Shown here: one piece after another, positions 27,601 through 36,800 of the stretch
Numbering within the stretch: position 1 is the first letter of the stretch
Layout of the letters: each line of letters begins with the position of its first letter
From: Balanoglossus misakiensis
Taxonomy: Eukaryota; Animalia; Hemichordata
Length of the DNA: 64,000 nucleotides
Direction: 5' to 3'
Assembly (NCBI GenBank): GCA_040954595.2
Contig: CM082581.2
Coordinates: 1,666,699-1,730,698, forward strand
Notes under the pieces: model-generated
Databases searched by the model: none
The model's input: only the letters and a program-made list of their open reading frames with translations
Told to the model about the DNA's origin: nothing
Program-made: the position numbers and the translations under genes

Positions 27601-28376
27601 AAAAAATCATGGGTTACGGCTCACGAAAATCGTCCAAAAATGCCAATTTTTCGACTTTGCGAAAGTTCAAAATTTCTGCATTTTTTGAAAAAAATCATAG
27701 GTTACGGCTCACGAAAATCGTCCAAAAATGACAATTTTTCTACTTTGCGAAAGTTCAAAATTTCTTCATTTTCTGAAACAAATCATGGGTTACGGCTCAC
27801 GAAAATCGTCCAAAAATGCCAATTTTTCGACTTTGCAAAATCGTCCAAAAATTACAATTTTTCGACTTTGCATAAGTTCAAAATTTCTTCATTTTTTGAA
27901 AAAAAATCTTGGTACGGCTCACGAAAATCGTCCAAAAATGACAATTTTTCGACTTTGCGAAAGTTCAAAATTTCTGCATTTTTTGAAAAAAATCATGGGT
28001 TACGGCTCACGAAAATCGTCCAAAAATGACAAATTTTCGACTTTGCAAAAGTTCAAAATTTCTGCATTTTTTCAAAAAAATCATGGGTCACGGCTCACGA
28101 AAATCGTCCAGAAATGACAATTTTTCGAATTTGCGAAAGTTCAAAATTTCTGCATTTTTTGAAAAAAATCATGGGTTACGGCTCACGAAAATCGTCCAAA
28201 AATGACAAATTTTCGACTTTGCAAAAGTTCAAAATTTCTGCATTTTTTCAAAGAAATCATGGGTCACGGCTCACGAAAATCGTCCAGAAATGACAATTTT
28301 TCGAATTTGCGAAAGTTCAAAATTTCAGCATTTTTTTAAAAAAATCATGGGTCACGGCTCACGAAATTCGTCCAAA
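6625..28376. repeat. Satellite B main array, 88-bp monomer, inverted relative to 1-6624, with higher-order duplications
   Basis: The consensus AAAATCGTCCAAAAATGACAATTTTTCGACTTTGCGAAAGTTCAAAATTTCTGCATTTTTTGAAAAAAATCATGGGTTACGGCTCACG is the reverse complement of the 5998-6624 unit. 35-bp partial monomers are frequent. Confidence 0.97.
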
Positions 28377-28869
28377 GAAAATCTCCAGCGACAATTGAAA
28401 TTGCCTGTGGATGTGCAGTCTCATGTTTAGATACTATGTCACCAAGCTGGTACATTGCCTCTGTGGCGTTGACTTCGGGAGGTACATAAGTCACTGTGAG
28501 GATGATTGAACCAAACTCTCTTGGCATATAGAATGGACGACAGTGTATAGTGAGAGTTTCAAGTTCGGGCGTGCAAGTATGTGATAAAACCTTAGAATCT
28601 GTGCACCACGCTTCATTTATCAGAAAAACAGACACCCCCACCTCGTTCCTTACTGACATCTTCACGTACTCGGTCAGCACGAAATAGTGCAAATCCAGGT
28701 GGTTTCATAGCAGTGTCGGGTATACTGGAATCAAGCCACGTCTCAGTTATGAAGTACGCATTACAGTCACGAAAATACTGCATGGTACACATGAGACCAG
28801 CAAGTTCGTCCACTCTATACCTCAGAGACCGAACATTAGCCAACATAATGCTAGGAAGCGGTGTTTTAC
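28377..28869 (-). pseudogene. Non-LTR retrotransposon APE-type endonuclease fragment, Rex1/Babar-like; frameshifted and cut off after the GDF motif
   Basis: It translates to KTPLPSIMLANVRSL...FITETWL...LFRADR...RGGGVCF, then after one extra base in the A5 run at 28624-28628 continues LINEAWC...CRPFYMPREFGSIILTVTYVPP...IVAGDF. These are APE endonuclease motifs. PLPSxxLANV and CRPFYxPREF are typical of Rex1/Babar-type LINEs (recognised from memory, not from a search). Confidence 0.9.
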
Positions 28870-29009
28870 TATGGAAAGCCGTGGCTGTCTTAAGTGACAT
28901 AAAATTATGTTGACATGGGGATTCTTTATATAATGATGTGCATACGTTATAAGGTGATGGGCATACGTTATAAGGTAATGCACATACGTCATAAGGTGAT
29001 GGGCATACG
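28870..29009 (+). repeat. Left terminal inverted repeat (~65 bp unique sequence plus the first minisatellite units)
   Basis: It pairs with 30377-30516 with about two mismatches. ORFs 28915+ and 30193- share the start MGILYIMMCIRYKVMGIRYKVMHIR. Confidence 0.9.
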
Positions 29010-29873
29010 TTATAAGGTGATGCGCATACGTTATAAGGTGATGCACATACGTTATAAGGTGATGGGCATACGTTATAAGGTGATGCGCATGAGGTATAAG
29101 GTGATGGGCATACGTTATAAGGTGATGGGCATACGTTATAAGGTGATGCACATACGTTATAAGGTGATGCACATACGTTATAAGGTGATGTGCTTACGTT
29201 ATAAGGTGATGGGCACACTTTATACTGTGATGTTCTTGCGTTATAAGGTGATGCGCATAAGTTGAACGGTGATAGTCATACATAAGGTGATGTGAACACT
29301 TTATAAGGTGATGTGCATACGTTATAAGGTGATGTGAACTCTTTATAATGTGATGCGCTTACGTTATAAGGTGATGCGCATACGTTATAAGGTGATGCAC
29401 ATACGTTATAAGGTGATGCGCATACGTTATATGGTGATGCGCTTATGTTATAAGGTGATGCGCATACGTTATAAGGTGATGCACAGACGTTATAAGGTGA
29501 TGCGCATACGTTATAAGGTGATGCACATACGTTATAAGGTGATGTGCTTACGTTATAAGGTGATGGGCATACGTCGTTATATGGTGTGGTTACGTTATAA
29601 GGTGATGGGCATATGTCGTTATATGGTGTAGTTACGTTATAAGGTGATGGGCATACGTCCTTATATGGTGTGGTTACGTTATAAGGTAATGCTCTTATGT
29701 TATAAGGTGATGCGGACACTTTATAAGGTGATGGGCATATGTTATAAGGTGATGCGGACACTTTATAAGGTGATGTGCTTACGTTATAAGGTGATGGGCA
29801 TACGTCGTTATATGGTGTGGTTACGTTATAAGGTAATGGGCATACGTCGTTATATGGCGTGGTTACGTCGTTA
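28936..29873 (+). repeat. 21-bp minisatellite (ACGTTATAAGGTGATGNGCAT), grading into a 42-bp dimer unit
   Basis: The ORFs show a 7-aa period (RYKVMxI / SPYNVCx). From ~29550 the unit ACGTTATAAGGTGATGGGCATACGTCGTTATATGGTGTGGTT (42 bp) appears. Confidence 0.95.
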
Positions 29874-30193
29874 TTAGCTGTGGAAACGCAGCTGTTCCAC
29901 CTGGGGGATATGCTTATTACCCTGCCTCATCCTCATATCATCCTCAGCTTCGTGACCTTAGGAAAATTAATAACAATCCGTCATCGGCGATTCGTTAAAC
30001 TTTAAGATAATATTTAAATATTATCATTTCTTTCACTGACTAGGATAAATGTAAATACGGATACGACTGGTTTTTAAATGCTTTATAGCAGCGAACAAGA
30101 AACTCACGAGAGAAAATTGCTTCAAGGTCAAAGGTTATTGCAAAAACATGTCAATAAAAAAATTATCGTGAATTTCGGATATTTGATGTGATC

Positions 30194-30450
30194 TACACCA
30201 TATAACGACGTATGCCCATCACCTTATAACGTAACCACACCATATAACGACGTATGCCCATCACCTTATAACGTAACCACACCATATAACGACGTATGCC
30301 CATCACCTTATTACGTAACCACACCATATAACGACGTATGCCCATCACCTTATAACGTAACCACACCATATAACGACGTATGCCCATCACCTTATAACGT
30401 ATGTGCATCACCTTATAACGTATGCCCATCACCTTATAACGTATGCACAT
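30194..30450 (-). repeat. Inverted copy of the 42/21-bp minisatellite
   Basis: ACACCATATAACGACGTATGCCCATCACCTTATAACGTAACC occurs ~5 times, followed by 21-bp units. It is the reverse complement of the left array. Confidence 0.95.
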
Positions 30451-30516
30451 CATTATATAAAGAATCCCCATGTCAACATAATTTTATGTCACTTAAGACA
30501 GCCACGGCTTTCCATA
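30377..30516 (-). repeat. Right terminal inverted repeat
   Basis: Reverse complement of 28870-29009. Confidence 0.9.
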
Positions 30517-30549
30517 TTTTACGACTACGTCTACGCAATCTTGCCAATA
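30517..30549 (-). pseudogene. Upstream continuation of the LINE endonuclease ORF beyond the inserted TIR element
   Basis: Removing 28870-30516 and one TTTTAC copy gives the in-frame minus-strand sequence (I)LARLRRRSRK-TPLPSIMLANV, the basic leader expected before PLPS in Rex1/Babar-type ORFs. Confidence 0.75.
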
Positions 30550-30846
30550 TATGGTGGTGCTATCACGGACAGCCAGGGTCACGATGGGGTCACTTACGTC
30601 TATATGATACCGCAAACAAGTCAGCTCTACTCTAAATTCAACCTGTCCGCCGGACTGGTAACCTTTTTTCTACCAGTCTGGTGGAAAAACAACCAGTCTC
30701 AGACTGTCGGACAGACGTTATTTCGAACCCTGTGTTTTGCATAACATAACATATTCTCTCCAGTAGGCTTATATAGGGACGATCGATCGGCCACACACAA
30801 AGTATCAGGTCATTATTTCTCCACTGAAATACTTTTTATTCCTATT
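30550..30846. other. Unique ~300-bp segment of unknown origin, possibly one end of a second TATGG-type transposon
   Basis: It begins TATGGTGG exactly where LINE similarity stops and contains short inverted repeats (CCGGACTGGTA...TACCAGTCTGG, 30650-30681). No matching other end is visible in the window. Confidence 0.35.
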
Positions 30847-33800
30847 AATAAATTCTCTGCCATCATTTCTCCCCTCCCAAGGATGGCGGCAATAAATTCA
30901 CTGCCATCATTTCTCCCCTCCCAAGGATGGCGGCAATAAATTCACTGCCATCATTTCTCCCCTCCCAAGAATGGCGGCAACAAATTCTCTGCTCTCATTT
31001 CTCCCCTCCCAACAATGGCGGCAATAAATTCTCTGCCATCATTTCTCCCCTCCCAAGAATGGCAGCAATAAATTCTCTGCCATCGTTTCTCCCCTCCCAA
31101 GGATGGCGGCAATAAATTCACTGCCATCATTTCTCCCCTCCCGACAATGGCGGCAACAAAGTTTACTCTCTGCCCCCATTTATCCCCTCCCAAGAATAGC
31201 GGCAACAAATTCTCTGCCATAATTTCTCCCCTCCCAAGGATGGCGGCAATAAATTCCCTGCCATCGTTTCTTCCCTGCCGAGAATGGCGGCAATAAATTC
31301 TCAGCCATCGTTTCTCCCCTGCCAAGAATGGCGGCAACAAATTCTCTGCCATCATTTCTCCCCTCCCAAGGATGGCGGCAATAAATTTACTGCCATCATT
31401 TCTCCTCTCCCAAGGATAGCGGCAATAAATTCCCTGCCATCATTTCTCCCCTCCCGTGAATGGCGGCAACAAATTCTCTGCTCTCATTTCGCCCCTCCTA
31501 ATAAAGGTGGCAATAAATTATCTGCCATCGTTTCTCCCCTGCGAAGAATGGCAGCAACAAACTCTCAGCCGTTATTTCTTTCTTCCCGAGAATGGCGGCA
31601 ACAAAGTTTACTCTCAGCCCTTATTTCTCCCCTCCCAAGGATGGCGGCAATAAATTCTCAGCCGTCATTTCGCCCCTCCCAAGAATGGCGGCAATAAATT
31701 CACTGCCATCATTTCTCCCCTCCCTAGAATGGCGGCAACAAAGTCTCTGCTCTCATTTCTCCCCTCCCAATAATGGCGGCAACAAACTCTCTGCCATCAT
31801 TTCTCCCCTCCCAATAATGGCGGCAATACATTTTCTGCCATCATTTCTCCCCTCCCGAGAATGGCTGCAACAAACTCTCTGCCATCATTTCTCCCCTCCC
31901 AAGAATGGCAGCATAAATTCTCTGCCATCGTTTCTCCCCTCCCAAGGATGGCGGCAATAAATTTACTGCCATCATTTCTCCCCTTCCAAGGATGGCGGCA
32001 ATAAATATCCTGCCATCATTTCTACCCTCCCGTGAATGGCGGCAACAAATGCTCAGCCGTTATTTATCCCCTCCCAAGAATGGCGGCAACAAGTTCTCTG
32101 CTCTCATTTCTCCCCTCCCAATAATGGCGGCAATACATTCTCTGCCATCATTTCTCCCCTGCCAAGAATGGAAGCAATAAACTCTCTGCCATCATTTCTC
32201 CCCTCCCAAGAATGGCAGCAATAAATTGTCTGCCATCGTTTCTCCCCTCCCAAGGATGGCGGCAATAAATTCACTGCCATCATTTCTCCCCTCCCAAGGA
32301 TGGCGGCAATAAATTCCCTGCCATCATTTCTCTCCTCCCGTGAATGGCGGCAACAAAGTTTACTCTCTGCCCCCATTTCTCCCCTCCCAAGAATAGCGGC
32401 AACAAATTCTCTGCCATCATTTCTCCCCTCCCAAGGATGGCGGCAATAAATTCCCTGCTATCATTTCTCCCCTCCCGTGAATGGCGGCAACAAATTCTCT
32501 GCTCTCATTTCTCCCCTCCCAATAAAGGCGGCAATAAATTCTCTGCCATCGTTTCTCCCCTGCCAAGAATGGCCGCAACAAACTCTCAGCCGTTATTTCT
32601 CCCCACCCGAGAATGGCGGCAACAAAGTTTACCCTCTGCCATCATTTCTCCCCTCCCAAGAATGGCAGCATAAATTCTCTGCCATCGTTTCTCCCCTCCC
32701 AAGGATGGCGGCAATTAATTCACTGCCATCATTTCTCCCCTCCCAAGGATGGCGGCAATAAATTTCCTGCCATCATTTCTCCCCTCCCGTGAATGGCGGC
32801 AACAAATACTCAGCCGTTATTTATCCCCTCCCAAGAATGGCGGCAACAAGTTCTCTGCTCTCATTTCTCCCCTCCCAATAATGGCGGCAATAAACTCTCT
32901 GCCATCATTTCTCCCCTCCCAAGAATGGCAGCAATAAATTGTCTGCCATCGTTTCTCCCCTCCCAAGGATGGCGGCAATACATTCCCTGCCATCATTTCT
33001 ATCCTCCCGTGAATGGCGGCAACAAAGTTTACTCTCTGCCCCCATTTCTCCCCTCCCAAGAATAGCGGCAACAAATTCTCTGCCATCATTTCTCCCCTCC
33101 CAAGGATGGCGGCAATAAATTCCCTGCCATCATTTCTCCCCTCCCGTGAATGTCGGCAACAAATTCTCTGCTCTCATTTCTCCCCTCCCAATAAAGGCAG
33201 CAATAAATTCACTGCCATCGTTTCTCCCCTGCCAAGAATGGCCGCAACAAACTCTCAGCCGTTATTTCTCCCCACCCGAGAATGGCGGCAACAAAGTTTA
33301 CCCTCAGCCCTTATTTCTCCCCTCCCAAGGATGGCGGCAATAAATTCTCTGCCATCATTTCTCCCCTCCCAAGGATGGTGGCAATAAATTCACTGCCATC
33401 ATTTCTCCCCTCCCAAGAATGGCGGCAACATATTCTCTGCTCTCATTTCTCCCCTCCCAATAATGGCGTCAATAAATTCTCTGCCATCATTTCTCCCCTC
33501 CCGAGAATAGCGGCAACAAACTCTCTGCCATTATTTCTCCCCTACCAAGAATAGCGGCAATAAATTCCCAGCCATCGTTTCTCCCCTCCCAAGGATGGCG
33601 GCAAAAAATTCACTGCCATATTTCTCCCCTACCAAGGATGGCGGCAATAAATTCCCTGCCATCATTTCTCCCCTCCCGTGAATGGCGGCAACAAATTCTC
33701 AGCCGTTAATTATCCCCTCCCAAGAATGGCGGCAACAAACTCTCAGCCGTTATTTCTCCCCTCCCAAGGATGGCGGCAATTAATTCACTGCAATCATTTC

Positions 33801-36800
33801 TCCCCTACCAAGGGACGGCAATAAATTCCCTGCCATCATTTCTCCCCTCCCGTGAATGGCGGCAACAAATTCTCAGCCGTTATTTATCCCCTCCCAAGAA
33901 TAGCGGCAATAAATTCCCAGCCATCGTTTCTCCCCTCCCAAGGATGGCGGCAAAAAATTCACTGCCATATTTCTCCCCTACCAAGGATGGCGGCAATAAA
34001 TTCCCTGCCATCATTTCTCCCCTCCCGTGAATGGCGGCAACAAATTCTCAGCCGTTAATTATCCCCTCCCAAGAATGGCGGCAACAAACTCTCAGCCGTT
34101 ATTTCTCCCCTCCCAAGGATGGCGGCAATTAATTCACTGCAATCATTTCTCCCCTACCAAGGGACGGCAATAAATTCCCTGCCATCATTTCTCCCCTCCC
34201 GTGAATGGCGGCAACAAATTCTCAGCCGTTATTTATCCCCTCCCAAGAATGGCGGCAACAAATTCTCTGCTCTCATTTCTCCACTCCCAATAATGGCGGC
34301 AATAAATTCTCTGCCATCATTTCTCCCCTGCCAAGAATGGAAGCAATAAATTCTCTGCCATCGTTTCTCCCCTCCCAAGGATGGCGGCAATAAATTCACT
34401 GCCATCATTTCTCCCCTCCCAAGGATGGCGGCAATAATTTCCCTGCCATCATTTCTCCCCTCCCGTGAATGGCGGCAACAAATTCTCAGCCGTTATTTAT
34501 CCCCTCCCAAGAATGGCGGCAACAAATTCTCTGCTCTCATTTCTCCCGTCCCAATAATGGCGGCAATAAATTCTCTGCCATCATTTCTCCCCTGCCAAGA
34601 ATGGAAGCAACAAACTCTCTGCCATCATTTCTCCCCTCCCAAGAATGGCAGCAATAAATTGTCTGCCATCGTTTCTCCCCTCCCAAGGATGGCGGCAATA
34701 AATTCAATGCCATCATTTCTCCCCTCCCAAGGATGGCGGCAATAAATTCCCTGCTATCATTTCTCTCCTCCCGTGAATGGCGGCAACAAATTTTCAGCCG
34801 TTATTTATCCCCTCCCAAGAATGGCGGCAACAAATTCTCTGCTCTTATTTCTCCCCTCCCAATATTGGCGGCAATAAATTCTCTGCCATCATTTCTCCCC
34901 TCCCGAGAATGGCGGCAACAAACTCTCTGCCATCATTTCTCCCCTCCCAAGAATGGCAGCAAAAATTCTCTGCCATCGTTTCTCCCCTCCCAAGGATGGC
35001 GGCAACAAATTCTCTGCTCTCATTTATCCCTTCCTAATAATAGCGGCAATAAATTCTCCGCCATCATTTCTCCCCTGCCAAGAATGGAAGCAACAAACTC
35101 TCTGCCATCATTTCTCCCCTCCCAAGAATGGCAGCAATTAATTCTCTGCCATCGTTTCTCCCCTCCCGTGAATGGCGGCAATAAATTCTCTGCCATCATT
35201 TCTCCCCTCCCAAAAGTGGCAGCAAAAATTCTCTGCCATCGTTTCTCCCCTCCCAAGGATGGCGGCAACAAATTCTCTGCTCTCATTTATCCCCTCCCAA
35301 TAATGGCGGCAATAAATTCTCTGCCATCATTTCTCCCCTGCCATGAATGAAAGCAACAAACTCTCTGCCATCATTTCTCCCCTCCCAAGAATGGCGGCAA
35401 CAAATTCTCTTACATCGTTTCTCCCCTCCCAAGGATGGCGGCAATAAATTCTCTGCCATCATTTCTCCCCTCCCAATATTGGCGGCAATAAATTCTCTGC
35501 AATCATTTCTCCCCTCCCGTGAATGGCAGCAACAAATTCTCAGCCGTTATTTATCCCCTCCCAAGAATGGCGGCAACAAATTCTCTGCTCTCATTTATCC
35601 CCTCCCAATAATAGCGGCAATAAATTCTCTGCCATCATTTCTCCCCTGCCAAGAATGCAAGCAACAAACTCTCTGCCATCATTTCTCCCCTCCCAAGAAT
35701 GGCAGCAATTAATTCTCTGCCATCGTTTCTCCCCTCCCAAGGATGGCGGCAATAAATTCACTGCCATCATTTCTCCCCTCCCAAGAATGGCAGCATAAAT
35801 TCACTGCCATCGTTTCAACCCCTCCCAAGGATAGCGGCCATAAATTCACTGCCATAATTTCTCCCCTCCCAAGGATGGCGGCAATAAATTCACTGCCATC
35901 ATTTCTCCCCTCCCGTGAATGGCGGCAACAAATTCTCAGCCAATAATTATCCCCTCCCAATAATGGCGGCAACAAATTCTCTGCTCTCATTTCTCCCCTC
36001 CCAATAATGGCGGCAATAAATTCTCTGCCATAATATTTCCCCTGTCGAGAATGGAAGCAACAAACTCTCAGCCATCATTTCTCCCCTCCCAAGAATGGTA
36101 GCAATAAATTCTCTGCCATCGTTTCTCCCCTCCCAAGGATGGCGGCAATAAATTCACTGCCATTATTTCTCCCCTCCCGTGAATGGCGGCAACAAATTCT
36201 CAGCCGTTATTTATCCCCTCCCAATAATGGCGGCAATAAATTCTCTGCCATCATTTCTCCCCTGCCATGAATGGAAGCAACAAACTCTCTGCCATCATTT
36301 CTCCCCTCCCAAGAATGGCGGCAACAAATTCTCTTCCATCGTTTCTCCCCTCCCAAGGATGGCGGCAATAAATTCACTGCCATCATTTCTCCCCTCCCAA
36401 GAATGGCAGCATAAATTATCTGCCATCGTTTCAACCCCTCCCAAGGATGGCGGCCATAAATTCACTGCCATCATTTCTCCCCTCCCAAGGATGGCGGCAA
36501 TAAATTCACTGCCATCATTTCTTCCCTCCCGTGAATGGCGGCAACAAATTCTCAGTCATTAATTATCCCCTCCCAAGAATGGCGGCAACAAATTCTCTGC
36601 TCTCATTTCTCCTCTCCCAATAATGGCGGCAATAAATTCTCTGCCATCATATTTCCCCTGTCAAGAATGGAAGCAACAAACTCTCAGCCATCATTTCTCC
36701 CCTCCCAAGAATGGCAGCAATAAATTCTCTGCCATCGTTTCTCCCCTCCCAAGGATGGCGGCAATAAATTCACTGCCATTATTTCTCCCCTCCCGTGAAT

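Larger units (their letters stand above)
28870..30516. mobile_element. Non-autonomous TIR (foldback-type) DNA transposon, 1647 bp, 6-bp TSD, IS3EU-like termini
   Basis: The left end TATGGAAAGCCGTGGCTGTCTTAAGTGACATAAAATTATGTTGACATGGGGATTC (from 28870) is the exact reverse complement of the sequence ending ...GGCTTTCCATA at 30516. TTTTAC flanks both sides (28864-28869 and 30517-30522). There is no transposase ORF. The element itself is well supported, but the superfamily assignment is less certain. Confidence 0.88.

Noticed and set aside
353-28117. Numerous K/F/S-rich ORFs in satellites A and B
   Set aside because: They are periodic translations of tandem repeats in overlapping frames, broken by homopolymer length changes, with no domain motifs.
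5998-28376. CENP-B box in satellite B
   Set aside because: TTCG occurs, but I could not find the TTCGNNNNANNCGGG spacing in the consensus on either strand.
28915-29877. SPYNVCx heptads as an RNA polymerase II CTD-like gene
   Set aside because: The heptad differs from YSPTSPS, it comes from a 21-bp minisatellite that is open in several frames on both strands, and there is no polymerase domain.
28870-30516. Tc1/mariner element with a TA target duplication
   Set aside because: The terminal TA fits as part of the TIR. A 6-bp TTTTAC duplication lies immediately outside it, and removing the element with one 6-bp copy restores the LINE frame with the expected basic leader.
30403-30744. 113-aa plus-strand ORF as a transposon gene
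   Set aside because: It runs from the minisatellite through the TIR into flanking DNA, crossing element boundaries, and has no recognisable motif.
28000-31000. Common ancestry of satellite C (44 bp) and half of satellite B (88 bp)
   Set aside because: Only short low-complexity similarity (AAATT..CTGC.AT) is visible, and the two halves of B do not resemble each other.
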